Assembly (NCBI GenBank): GCA_030698625.1 | Contig: JAUYMS010000011.1 | Location: 4,373-68,372, forward strand | Origin: Candidatus Omnitrophota bacterium | GTDB lineage: Bacteria > Omnitrophota > Omnitrophia > Omnitrophales > Aquincolibacteriaceae | Length of the DNA stretch: 64,000 nt | Direction of reading: 5' to 3' | Shown here: one piece after another, positions 28,555 through 39,800 of the stretch | Layout of the letters: each line of letters begins with the position of its first letter | Numbering within the stretch: position 1 is the stretch's first letter | The notes under the pieces: model-generated | The model's database searches: none | Told to the model about the DNA's origin: nothing | Seen by the model: the letters and a program-made list of their open reading frames with translations, nothing else | Program-made: the position numbers and the translations under genes

Positions 28555-29865
28555 TCATACCAAATATTCCTGAAGCAAGACGGCAAAGCCCAGAAAGGCA
28601 AAAAAGCCCATGACATCGGTGATCGTCGTCAAAATAATGTTCGAACATTGCGCGGGATCAAGGCCGAGCGCTTTCATGGTGAGCGGAATCGCAGAGCCGC
28701 TGAGGCCGGCAACCGCTAAATTGACGACCATCCCAAGCCCGATGACCAATCCCATGTAAGGGTTCCCCTGCCAAAGCCAGGCAATCATCGCTGTCACAAT
28801 CCCGATCACGATGCCGTTGATAATGCCGATAAAGGTTTCTTTTAAAATGAGCGTCTTCACCTTTCTCGCCGGAATTTCCCGCATGACTAAACCCCGCATC
28901 ACCACCGCCAGGGATTGGGCCCCGGCATTTCCGCCTTGCCCCGCCACAACCGGCAGGTAAACCGCGAGTACGGTAATCTTCGCAATGACATCTTCAAATA
29001 AGGACACTACGGTAGCCGCCAAAAATGCCGTCGCCAGGTTGACATGCAGCCACGGCAAACGGGTTCGGAGCGAAAACCACACAGACGAAAACGCCCTCTC
29101 ATCCCCGCCGACACCGAACATCTTTTGCAAGTCTTCCGTGGCTTCTTCCTGAATGCCCGCAATCAGTTTCTCCGCTTTAACCACCCCGAGGAGCTGGCCT
29201 TCCTGGTCGACAACCGGCGCTGCGAAAAACTTTCGGGTTTGCAATTCTTCGGCGACCTTCTCACGGTCCATAAAGCATTCGACGGTAAAAACGTTCGTGC
29301 GCATGATCGATCCGAGAGTCGTATCATCCTGAGCCAGCAACATGTCACGCATGTTCATGATGCCGACGAGACGGTTATCGTTATCGACGACATAAATATA
29401 GGACGCCGAGGTTTTTTTCTGTTCCATGCTCCGGACTTTCTCGACGGCCTCTCTGACTTTCAGATCCGAGTGGAACGCAAGGACATCCGTTGTCATGATA
29501 CGTCCGGCGCTTTCCTCGGGATAACTCAGGAGTTCCTGAATTTTCTTTTTCTTTTCTACAGACAAATGTTCCAGGAATTTCTCTCTTGAGTCATGAGGCA
29601 AGCGCAGGAAAATACCGGCGCCTTGTTGAGTATCAAGGCCATCGACGATCGCCTTTAATTTATCCTGCGGCAGGTCCTCGAGCAGGCGGGCGGCTAAGTC
29701 GTTCGGGAGGTGGCGAACCGCCTTGGCCGACAGGTGCGGCGGAAGAGCTCGAAGAATCTCAAGGGCTTCGTCCTCGTCCATGGCCTCCAAACCGTGTGCC
29801 GCGTCGGCCGAATCCTTATTAAAGTACCTCTCCATAAGGGGCAATAATGATATTTCAGTTTCCAT
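28555..29865 (-). CDS. mgtE: magnesium transporter MgtE
   Basis: MgtE N-domain, tandem CBS domains, and C-terminal 5-TM MgtE channel (RLPWLHVNLATAFLAATVVSLFE...GNAGAQSLAVVMRGLV...). 436 aa. Confidence 0.9.
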   Translation of the reverse strand: METEISLLPLMERYFNKDSADAAHGLEAMDEDEALEILRALPPHLSAKAVRHLPNDLAARLLEDLPQDKLKAIVDGLDTQQGAGIFLRLPHDSREKFLEHLSVEKKKKIQELLSYPEESAGRIMTTDVLAFHSDLKVREAVEKVRSMEQKKTSASYIYVVDNDNRLVGIMNMRDMLLAQDDTTLGSIMRTNVFTVECFMDREKVAEELQTRKFFAAPVVDQEGQLLGVVKAEKLIAGIQEEATEDLQKMFGVGGDERAFSSVWFSLRTRLPWLHVNLATAFLAATVVSLFEDVIAKITVLAVYLPVVAGQGGNAGAQSLAVVMRGLVMREIPARKVKTLILKETFIGIINGIVIGIVTAMIAWLWQGNPYMGLVIGLGMVVNLAVAGLSGSAIPLTMKALGLDPAQCSNIILTTITDVMGFFAFLGFAVLLQEYLV

Positions 29866-29867
29866 GG

Positions 29868-31340
29868 CTATGCCTTTTCCTGTTTCTGATTCTCGGGATT
29901 TTTACTCTTCAAGGGTTCGATAACCGCATGGCCCTCTAATTTTTCTTCAAGGTATTTGACAACTTCTTCGGGCTTTGCGTCCTCAAGATACGGCACCTTT
30001 TCTGTTTGCTTTGCTTTCTGTTCGTTTTGGGCCGGGGCGGGAACAGGCGTCTCACTCGACGAGGGCGCCGGTTTGGCAGCTTCAGGCTCGGACTTGACTA
30101 GGGGCAGCACTTTTTTAACCTTATCCATAAGACCCTGCGACGAATTCTCCTCGCTTTTATTTTCGGGAGCAGGACGGTCCGCTATCCGAAATTCAATTTC
30201 TTGAGGTGCCAGGACCTCCATCGTCAGATCCTTTGGAAATTCGAAGTCCGAAGGATAAATTCTTACTTTTTGAGTCCCCTTTTTAGCTTCCGGGCTGACT
30301 ATGAATTTTATTTTTTTAGGGGCTAAGAAAAAGAATGAACTTCGAGGGCCGCCCAAAGTCACGTAAACCTTATCGGGCTTCACTTCTGCCATAACCAAAG
30401 CCGCCTTCATGGGCGGATATGAAACCGGAACCGTAAATGTCCTGTAGGTCTGTTTGCTCCCGTAAACTAATACGAACCAAATCGCAGAGGCGAGAAGAAA
30501 CCCGAGCAGCTTTTCCTTGGAATTCTTCTTCAGGAAACCTTCCCACGGCTTCACCTTAATCTTGGGATGAACGGCCTCATAGAATGCGGTCAGGATATTC
30601 CTTAAGTGCTCGGGATCCGAAATAACCGTTATATTCCCGTGGCAGGCTACAGAAATTGTTCCGCGCTCCTCAGAAACGACAAGACACAGGGCATCGCTTA
30701 ATTCCGCGAGACCCAATGCCGCGGCATGCCTCGTGCCGCCCTTGCCGATACTTTTCAAATCCTTAGACAGCGGAAGATGGCAGGAAAATCGAATAATTCT
30801 TGTGCCCTCGATATAGACGGCACCGTCATGCCCGATAGAGCCCGCGTCAAAAAGACTCTTCAAAAGAGCCTCGCTGATTTTACCGTCGAGATCGATTCCG
30901 TCGCCCAAATGGCGGACAATCAAATCTTTACCGCGTATAACAATCAAAGCACCTACCTTTTCCTTCGCCAGATCAATCAGGGTCCTTACGAGGATGTCGA
31001 CCTCGTCAAGAGACAGGCTTTGAGGCTTTATTTTGCCGATGCGTTTCCTTAAACTCCAGACCGCTATCTGTTCGAAGAAATGACGCAGTTCTTCCTGAAA
31101 GATCACGACGAGAGCGATTAAGATGATTGCGAAGAATTTTTCAAGCAGGCCTGCCGCCAGCACCATATTTAATTGACGAGTCACAAGATAAATCCCGGCC
31201 ACGATCAAAATACCTGTTAAGACAGAGGCCGCACGGGTTTTTTTCGACCAAACAAGCACGACATAGACCGCGAACCACATAAACAAAATATCTAAAAAGC
31301 CGGAAAGGCCTATTTCATTCATCCAATTGATGCCAATCAT
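29868..31340 (-). CDS. cdaA: membrane-bound diadenylate cyclase CdaA (DAC domain) fused to a YbbR/CdaR-like domain plus a low-complexity Pro/Lys/Glu-rich tail
   Basis: Three N-terminal TM helices. DAC motifs (GHDGAVYIEG ~ DGA; GTRHAAALGLAELSDALCLVVSEERGTIS ~ GTRHRAA). An extra TM (LLGFLLASAIWFVLVYG), then YbbR-like beta-rich repeats (TFTVPVSYPP...VYVTLGGPRS...). 490 aa versus about 270 aa for a typical CdaA. Confidence 0.7.
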   Translation of the reverse strand: MIGINWMNEIGLSGFLDILFMWFAVYVVLVWSKKTRAASVLTGILIVAGIYLVTRQLNMVLAAGLLEKFFAIILIALVVIFQEELRHFFEQIAVWSLRKRIGKIKPQSLSLDEVDILVRTLIDLAKEKVGALIVIRGKDLIVRHLGDGIDLDGKISEALLKSLFDAGSIGHDGAVYIEGTRIIRFSCHLPLSKDLKSIGKGGTRHAAALGLAELSDALCLVVSEERGTISVACHGNITVISDPEHLRNILTAFYEAVHPKIKVKPWEGFLKKNSKEKLLGFLLASAIWFVLVYGSKQTYRTFTVPVSYPPMKAALVMAEVKPDKVYVTLGGPRSSFFFLAPKKIKFIVSPEAKKGTQKVRIYPSDFEFPKDLTMEVLAPQEIEFRIADRPAPENKSEENSSQGLMDKVKKVLPLVKSEPEAAKPAPSSSETPVPAPAQNEQKAKQTEKVPYLEDAKPEEVVKYLEEKLEGHAVIEPLKSKNPENQKQEKA

Positions 31341-31397
31341 TGTTTAACCCACTTTCTTGAAGCCTTTCGCGTTAGGACGGGCAGCCAAGCCCCGTGA

Positions 31398-32282
31398 CTA
31401 CACAACTTGACAGACCATCCTGTCCTTGCCCGACTTTTTGGCCTTGTACATCGCACGGTCAGCAGGACGCACCACGTCTTCATTCGTGTCCGGGATGGAG
31501 ACGAAGTGAATAACTCCTGCGCTAATCGTTGTGCCCTGCGATATTTCTCGTTTGAGAGAATCCATGATTCTTTGCGCGCACACTTGAGCCCCGTCCATTC
31601 CGGTCTCCGGAAGCAGAATCACGAATTCATCCCCTCCGAGCCGCGCAAGCACATCGACATTTCGAATCGAACCTAAGACTATAGCCACGACCTTCTTAAG
31701 CAGGTCATCCCCAAATTCGTGCCCGTGCAAATCATTCAGGGCTTTAAAATCGTCCAAATCGATATAGACGAGTGACATAAAATGACCGTACCGCTTCGAG
31801 CGGCTTCTCTCCTCTGTCAACTTTTCATAAAAGGCGCGGCTATTCAAGGCCCCCGTTAACGGGTCACGCCGCGAAATCTTTTTTTCGAGGTCGAGCAAAT
31901 TCACGAGCTGTTTCTGAAGCTCGATCATTCGTTTCTGCTTCCCCGCAAGCAGATTCATCACCCAGGCAATAAACGCGAAAGAAGAGAAACTAATCGTCGT
32001 GTTCCATAATTCGATTTGAGGTTCTCCCGACGGCTCCATGTTCAAACGCCCCAAATACCAAGCGCCGCTGCAAAGCAATACCATCGCATACGTGCTTCGC
32101 TTCCCCACAAACCAAGCCGAGATAATGATGGGCATGAAGTAGAACAAATAGACGGCATACCGCTCAACAGTCCAATAATCGACCACAAGAATAAGACCGG
32201 CTGTTATGGCAGCCATCGCAAACATGAGCCGCTTTTTCTGAATCAGGCTTCTCATAAATAACTTGTCATATGGGATGTTCAT
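31398..32282 (-). CDS. membrane-anchored diguanylate cyclase (GGDEF domain)
   Basis: N-terminal 4-TM block. GGDEF domain with RDPLTGALNSRAF, YIDLDDFKALNDLHGHEFGDDLL and the intact GGDEF signature (LARLGGDEFVILL). Confidence 0.85.
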   Translation of the reverse strand: MNIPYDKLFMRSLIQKKRLMFAMAAITAGLILVVDYWTVERYAVYLFYFMPIIISAWFVGKRSTYAMVLLCSGAWYLGRLNMEPSGEPQIELWNTTISFSSFAFIAWVMNLLAGKQKRMIELQKQLVNLLDLEKKISRRDPLTGALNSRAFYEKLTEERSRSKRYGHFMSLVYIDLDDFKALNDLHGHEFGDDLLKKVVAIVLGSIRNVDVLARLGGDEFVILLPETGMDGAQVCAQRIMDSLKREISQGTTISAGVIHFVSIPDTNEDVVRPADRAMYKAKKSGKDRMVCQVV

Positions 32283-32587
32283 CTTGTGATCGATAGGCCT
32301 GCTGAGGTCTTAGATCCGATCCGCTGCCCGTCAAAGACACCGGCGAGACAGCGGTCATACTTATCTGATGTCGTGGTCTTGATCATGACTGTCTTGCGGC
32401 TCAATTTACGTGCCACATATTTTTTGGCAAGTTCAGGCACAGGGATCATCTCAATGGGCGCCAATTTCCCGGCCGTGCCAGAACCGTTTTGCCTGATTTC
32501 GCTGTGAAGTTCCTCGCGGGTCCAGTTCCCGAGCGACAGCCTGCTCGGCAAGGAACCTCCCTTGCCAAATCGCGAGCCGCACCGCAC
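32279..32587 (-). CDS. hypothetical small protein (102 aa); coding status uncertain
   Basis: Only ORF filling the 360-bp gap between the cNMP-binding gene and the GGDEF gene on the same strand. No motif recognised. Confidence 0.2.
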   Translation of the reverse strand: MRCGSRFGKGGSLPSRLSLGNWTREELHSEIRQNGSGTAGKLAPIEMIPVPELAKKYVARKLSRKTVMIKTTTSDKYDRCLAGVFDGQRIGSKTSAGLSITR

Positions 32588-32644
32588 TGCGCAGCTCGAA
32601 ATATGTCTGAAGCTTCTTAGCCGTTTTGTTCGCAGCCAGTGTCT

Positions 32645-33136
32645 TCAATGCGGCTTTCTTAAGACATAGTGGAGCAGGACCTCATCGGCTTGCCCCAGCC
32701 TTCGGCAGGCCTCCCGCGCAATGTTCATCATGAGAAATCCGAAAAGCTCCTTATCTTGATCAAAAATGGATAATAGCGCCGCCCGCGATAAGCTCATCAA
32801 TTCTGTATCTTCGACCGCCAATGCGCTGGCCGTGTGCGGCTGAATCCCGATGACCGCAGTTTCTCCTAAGCACTCGCCCACGCCGAGCTCAGCAAGCTCA
32901 AGCACCCCGAGCTCAGAGTCGGCAACGATCTTGACCTTTCCCTTCCTGATGATCCAAATATTCCTCGGCTCATCTTCCTGCCTAAAAACGTATTCCCCCG
33001 CTTTAAGAGACGCCTTCTCGAGCAAGCGAAAGACCGTATAAAGCTGTTTCTCCGTGAGCGCTCCGAAGAGGGCGATCTTGTTTAAAATGGGGAGGACATT
33101 TTCGATATCGTCTAGCGGGTAACTTTTCGTCGGCAT
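32645..33136 (-). CDS. cyclic-nucleotide-binding (cNMP/Crp-like effector) domain protein, single-domain
   Basis: cNMP-binding beta-barrel motifs (FRQEDEPRNIWIIRKGKVKI...LGVGECLGETAVIG ~ G.GE.FGE.AL). No DNA-binding HTH. 163 aa. Confidence 0.7.
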   Translation of the reverse strand: MPTKSYPLDDIENVLPILNKIALFGALTEKQLYTVFRLLEKASLKAGEYVFRQEDEPRNIWIIRKGKVKIVADSELGVLELAELGVGECLGETAVIGIQPHTASALAVEDTELMSLSRAALLSIFDQDKELFGFLMMNIAREACRRLGQADEVLLHYVLRKPH

Positions 33137-33215
33137 AAGCTATCATATTAAGGATATCCCCCGTGTTTCACAACAGCTTTTCAGGATAGCCGCGCAGAAG
33201 ATAGAGCAAAAAAGA

Positions 33216-33242
33216 AGGGGGGTGCCCTTTTCGGGCACCCCC
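33216..33242 (-). terminator. Rho-independent terminator for the 33286..33597 gene: perfect 11-bp stem ggggggtgccc / gggcacccccc with 5-nt loop, followed on the minus strand by TTCTTTTTTGC
   Basis: Perfect inverted repeat and U-tract read directly from the sequence, 44 nt downstream of the stop at 33286. Confidence 0.6.
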
Positions 33243-33285
33243 CTGGTCTTTCCGACGACCCTCGTAACACAATTACACCAGTTCC

Positions 33286-33597
33286 TTATTTGTTTCTGTA
33301 ATTGCGCAGCGTCACCAAATCCCAAGCCGTATTTACGGCCGTTTTGGCATAGCGAACGGTTTCGTCTCTTATCTTTCTGATAGGATCCAAAACCGGTGCC
33401 AAAGGATCGGTAACTGCATGATAGGTCGTATCAATACCCTTGTTGGCTTCGTTCAATACCAACCCCGCATCTGCGATGGGATGGATATCGGACTTCATCC
33501 TGCCGTCGATAACGTTATCGACTGTTGCCGATAAGCTCCAACCCGGAGCCGAACCCGCAACCAACAGGATCGCCAAGAATATCGCGATCTTCTTCAT
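33286..33597 (-). CDS. small secreted protein (103 aa), hypothetical
   Basis: Signal peptide MKKIAIFLAILLVAGSAPGWSLSA. Followed by a clean intrinsic terminator. Confidence 0.5.
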   Translation of the reverse strand: MKKIAIFLAILLVAGSAPGWSLSATVDNVIDGRMKSDIHPIADAGLVLNEANKGIDTTYHAVTDPLAPVLDPIRKIRDETVRYAKTAVNTAWDLVTLRNYRNK

Positions 33598-33853
33598 GGT
33601 AAACCTCCCCGGGGCAGCTCCTCTTGCCCCTTATTTCAAGCACCTGCTTGAACCGTTTTACCTGCTTATTAAGGCTAACCAACGTCCTATAATCATTCAC
33701 TAAGAGTGTACCCCCATTACAAGGCATGCGCCTGCGGACGCGGCTCAAGTATTGATCTATGATCTCTATTTGTATGAAGTTACGTCAATAATAGAAAGTC
33801 GGAAATTTCCTATTTAGCAGGGGTTTCAAGCTGGGAATGGGCCATTCGGGCAA

Positions 33854-36800
33854 TTACGCGGCTGCGCTGAGGTACTCGGCGGCAAATGCGCTGGTGGCAA
33901 GGATCTCGCCGATCGACATTTCGTACTCGGTGCGGATGTGTTGATCTTCGCCCGCGAGAACGATACCCACGCGCAGGACTAAGGGCACGGCTCCGAGGTA
34001 GGCGGCGTCGACTAAGCGGGTATGGGCTATTGAGGCTCCGGTATCGGTGATATTAAATATTTCAGAAGCCGCAATGCCTACTTCCTTACTACGCGACTCG
34101 AGCTCATTGCCCAAGCGCCAGTCGACCGCTTCAAAATCGGCGATCTTAAAGGAATCGTTGGCGGCATATTTGTTCTCTTCGGCGGCCTGCTCCAGTTCTT
34201 CCTTCAACCGGATTCGATCATCCAAATTGCGGTTGACTGAGACGGCGACAAGAAGCTTGAACCCTTTCGGCATGGTCTCGAAGCGGCTCGCTAATTGACC
34301 CACCCTTTCCAAGCTCTGTTTCGTTCCGTCATAGATGTAAACATAGTAGCCCGAAGACGGCACAAGCACGCGTTCGTTAATGCCGAACTTTAACTGGGCC
34401 ATCTCGACCACAGAAGACTGAATAAGGGCTTCCAGGGCCGAAGATTCACGCGGCAGGAGCGCCGTGAGCATCTGTCTCAGAAGAACATCATCACGAATGA
34501 GACTGACTTCGCGTACGGCCAGGGCCATTGCGTTCACCGTTCTTAACTCCGATCTCTGAGGGCCTCTTGTCCTCTCCTCCACGGCCTTGAGATCCTTCTC
34601 TTCATCCCCGAGCCAAACGCCCCACTCCTTCTCGGACTTAAAAAATGCCTCGACCAGGGAGATCACGTCACTGTGGTAATTCCCCTTGGCTTCAGGATCC
34701 AGGAGGTCCTCAACAGAAAACGTGGGAATCTGAAAATAGCTAATCCGTTTTCGGTTCGCGAGTTCAATGACCTTAGCGAGTTTCTCCCGATCACCGACAA
34801 TCGCCATCCATTTATCAAAGTCGGCGTCATTCTTGGCTTGAATCGCCCACCACATGAGTAAGCTGGTATGAAGCGGTCCGATTTCTTCGGACTCCACGTC
34901 AAAAGCTTTAATGTCTTGGCCGGTGATCGTGTTAAACAGCACTTGGGCTTGGAGGCGGATCTTGTTCGTCTCATTCCCGTTAACGCCCGGCTTCGGGGCT
35001 AAGCTCACCAAAAGGGCGCTCCATAATTCTTCGGGGATCTGGCGTTTCTTTAGGACTTCCTCAACCATCGCTGAGAGCCGGCCCGAATCGAACTCATCAT
35101 GAATCTGAAGCGGGTGCCCCAGAAAAACGCCGATCGCGGCATGAATCCGGGTCTTTGTCTCGACCCTTTCGGTCACCTGCGCATACGTCTCTCCGTCACG
35201 CAAACCGTCGGCCGCTTCAACTAAGGCAATTTTTGTCACGAAATTTCTTATAAGCTGGCCTCCCCAGACATTCAACTCGTAGCGGGCGAGGTCCAGGTCC
35301 CGGGCCGCGTCCTCCTTGCTTCCGTAGTCTGAAGTGAAGTTAGGGTCTTTATAGCTTTCATTCAACGCCTTGAGATATTCATGCCGCAGGATGGGCACCT
35401 GCAAAATCTCCCGATACTCCTCCGGAAAATTGTCAAAATGGTCTCGCAGTTCCACGGCAAGCCGGTCAACCACCGCGCGACCCGCGGGCGAAAGCGATCG
35501 GTCGGCATTCGGGCCGGTCGTTCCATGGATACTAGCGTTCAGATGCCCTTCGAGATAAACGTCCATCATCCAGTCGCCGTAATCCGGTCGGCCGTGTTCG
35601 GCAAGCACTCGAGGTCCATTACCTGTACCGTCATCAACCCTGGCTGCTATGAGCGCATTGAGTCCGTCGAGGAGAAACACGAGTTTCCCTGCATTGGAGA
35701 CATCCGTCAGGTTCGGCCAATCCTTTTCACTCCATGTCTCGGGGTATTGCAGAAGCATAAATACAAGATCGCTTGTGAGTTCTTCGACGGCCGTCAAGGT
35801 GAAGGGGTTGTGCCCGGTAGCCGAGATATCCGGATTAAACGTTAACATCCCCGGCATTCCCGGCGTGCCGCCCACGACCGACGTCTGTTTATTGATCGTA
35901 AATTCTCGAGGTGCCGTTCCCGGAGTGGCGACAGTCGAACTAAAACTACCCCGGTATCCGCTCGCAGTAAACTCCCCCCAACTGAAACCGTCGTCATTCG
36001 TGAAGTTGATGATTCCCTGCGGCGGTTGAAAAAGCAGCATCGACGGCTTCCAATGCTCCAGCACGATCTGCCGGACCTGATCCCGAATGAGTCCGTAAGA
36101 GGGAGCCGCTCCGTAGGAGCTTCCCATGGACCCCAACTGATCATTCGCACGAATGCTGCGATAGCGTGCGCGCCGCCACTGCATAAAAGGGCCTTTCTTC
36201 TCGGTCCCCATCAAGAGGCTCCGTGCATCGGGATTCAGACCGTGCTCCCTCAGAAAGGCAAATCGGTCCTGCTCAATGTCGATATTAAAATTCCGCCGCC
36301 CAAAGTCCCCTGTCCTGATGCTATATCTTACGGGAAACCGATCGGCATGCACATCAAGGGCCGCATGCTCAATGGCCCATCCCAATTCAAACCGGAGTGA
36401 GCTAAGAGCAAGCCCAAGATCCTGGCGATTATCCCGCCACGGGCGTTCGTGAAGGCGCCATTCCAGCGGTGAAAGATAACGATCGATGAGGTACTTCCTG
36501 TAGGGCCGAAATGATGCCTCTCCGACCTGCACGGTCTTTAAATTTTGCCGAATGTACGCTATAAATTGAGCGGCCGTTTGGTCCTTGCGGCCGTGAACGG
36601 CGAAGACCTTTACAAAGAAATTGGCGTACCAATCTCGCAGGTTAAAATAGCGGGCGTCATAGTCTTCGCTCTCTTCGTTAGCGTCAGGCAAACCCAATTT
36701 CTTCAGCTCTTCAAACAACTTTTCGAGCTCAGGCTTCACAATCTCATATTCTGCCTGACGGTCCGCCGGCATGTACCGGTGCATGACGTGGACGACATTA

Positions 36801-39800
36801 AATTCGAAGTCTCCGTAGGTTTCTATGAATTTTTTACCTTCGGGGTGATGCCGGATCAGATACCGCCATTGGTCCTCCGTGTAATCCCCTGCGCGGGCGG
36901 CAATTTCATTCGGCGTCATGTTCAAGAGCGCCGGGGGATCTTCGCCTCCCCAGATCTCGCGTTTTTCCTCTTCAGTAGCCGGAATCGTTCGTAGCATGCG
37001 CGGCGCACTCGTCACAACATCCACCTTCTTGGCTTCTTTATCTGCCACCTTCCCAACTTCGCCGAGGACTTCCTGAACAATGGCTCTCACGGTGGCTGCG
37101 TCGAGCGGCCCCGGCTGATCTTCCCGAGCTTCCGCCGCCTTTGGCAGCTCTGCTGCAAGGGCATGAGCAATCTCTTCGCGAACGATTTTTTCCACCACAG
37201 CACGCGTTTGCTCTTCTCGTTCACGCGGTCCCAATTCGGGGTTCGGCGATGAATTCCACAAAGCAATCCCAACTGCAACTGCCGCAATGGCCGCAGGGAT
37301 CACCTCTCTCAATTTGAGTCTGAGCGTTGACCGATTGGTGTCGCTCCTTAACTCCGACCGGTTAACACGCCATGGCGAGGAGTTCGCCGGCGTCCCGTTG
37401 ACCATGCTTATTGTGAGATAAACGAATGACACGGTCGTCAGGCCAATCCACAATTCGATAAATACAGTGAGCATAACATTGCCGGAAAAAAGCGCCGGCA
37501 GGAGTCCGAGCATGATACCCGTGACAGCTATCAGCGGGACGACTTGAAGAAAGATTTCTGCGGCAGTTTGAGAGAACGGCCGGCTCGGCATTCTGCTTTC
37601 AGGCTCGGCAGCCGCAGGTTCCTGGGCGGCCCCTGCCGCTTCCAGTGCGGCGGCCCGGTCAAACATCTCGATCAGCTTAACGCCGCGCGCTCGCAGATAA
37701 ATTCGCACGTAAAGCGAAACCAAAACAGACATATCCACCATGAAGGTGCCGGCAGATATGCCCGCAACAACCGTTTGTAAGAGAGTGCCCTCAGTAAGAG
37801 CGGTAGGCCCGACACCTAAAGTCAGCCCAAATGTGGTGGCGGCAATTGCCGTCAGGATCTTATAGAGCAGCGACTCATGGAACTGCGCCTTTTGATCGGC
37901 AATTTCCTGTTGAGTCCGGAAATATTCTGCGCTCACTCGTTCAACAATGGCTGTTGCTGCGCGCACACCAATGCCTGCAAGGCGGTCCAGCAAAAAGGCC
38001 TCGGTCGCGTCATTGATAATCCCGCCTTGGCGCAGTTCCCGCAGGACAGCAATCATTTCCTGTTTGGCCGCCAAGAGTTCGCCCGACGTCAGCACGTCTT
38101 CCGCATCTGCTTCCCGATGCCGTTCCACCAGTCCCGTCACAGCGGCTTCCGTCATCTGAATAAGCGCATCTGTGGCCTCGTCCTCGCCGACAGGTCGCCC
38201 TTTCGAGCGGTCATCCATCCATACGAGGGCTGGTTCGCCGGTCCCGGGTCCGAGCCGGTCCAGGATTCCCGAAGGCAGTAGGTAATCAGGGATATCATTC
38301 TGTGCGTAAAGATGAGCACCGTCATTTAAAGGCATGTCCATGGCCGCGGTCGTCCGTCCGGCTCCTAAAACATTTCGCGCTCCGGAACGGTCTTCGGCGG
38401 GGAATCTTGCGAATCCGGCAATGCCGGTCGGACTGCGCATGTAGAGCGTGCCGCCGTTGGCGCCCCGGTCCTCATAAGCCGCATGAACAACTCGTTCCAG
38501 CATCAGCTCTACCGCATCCCGCTCCTCCTCTCTCAATTCCGAACGAGCGGTCTTGCTCATGGCTTCGAGCGCCCCGCCTAAGTTTCTCTGACGAAAAATG
38601 CTCTCCGCCACAATCATGTACGCCAAAGTCACTGCCAAAGATTCCGGGGCATATGTTGCTAATGCCCGCTCGGCCCCACGCCCCCTGCGACTCAGATTCA
38701 AGAAGCTGAGTAAGCGGTCGAGGTCAAGAACCGTGCGCTCGACCGACAGCTGAAACCTGGGGTCATTTAGTTCCGATGTACCCGCCGGAAAAAGGCTTTC
38801 CACAAGAAGCTTTTCCAGCGGTATATGTTCTTGGCGCAGGGCGGATTCGTACAGCTCGGATTCCCTCGCCTTATCGATTTCTCCCGTGATACGCGGTGTG
38901 ATCACAACATAGGAATACCCCTTGTCACGAAGGGCTCTCTCAATTCCCGGCGTGTGAAAGCCGCCGCTCACAAGAGCAGAAATTGTTTCGCCGTTGGCCT
39001 CTATTTTTGCCAGGGTGTTCTCGACCAAGACTTGATCACGGCGAAGCGCAGCGTCATAAAATCGTTCCACCCCCGCTAGATCGCCGTCAATCCGCTCAAG
39101 CTTCGAAGGTAATTCATATGAGAAGCGGTACCGCTTCATGATGGGGGCGAGAAATTGACGGAAAGTCTTTCCGTTAAATTCATTCCGGAACGCATAGAAC
39201 AATTCGATATCGGACTCGGTCAGGGCAAAGTTGAACATCTTTTCGACGACCTCATAGATTTCAGACAGGTGATCTAATCGGCCCTCCTCGGCATTGCGCA
39301 ACAAACTGTTCTTGACGCTTCGCTCCAGCAGGTTGATCTCTTCGAAAACACCTGCCCCGATGTTGTCGTATTGTTGAACATAGCGGAGGTACCTCAAAAC
39401 GTTCTCATACAGGCTCTCATCCTGAGACGCCGGCAGCTGCTCCAGTTCCAGGCTCAAGTAGGCATAATAATCGGACCGTTTCATTTCCTTACTTTGATAC
39501 AAAGCCGTGCGCCTCATAAATTCAGCGAGCCGTTCGCCGGAAAGCGTCCGCTCAAGGGCCTGAGTGAATTCCTTGAGCTCATCCTCGATATTCTCAAAGC
39601 GAATCTCCTGCTCCGAATCAACCAGCTCAAGCAACTGCTGAATCCCGTAATAACCTTCTATGGAGATATTCTTACTCCGGGCCACCTCCACAAGATAGCG
39701 AGAGTAGCTCACCAACTGCCGTCCGCCGTCGCGAAAGGCCCGGCGGTGCAGTTCGAGGTCTCGGAACTCTTTCGAATAAATGAAGCGCCCGACATCCTCA

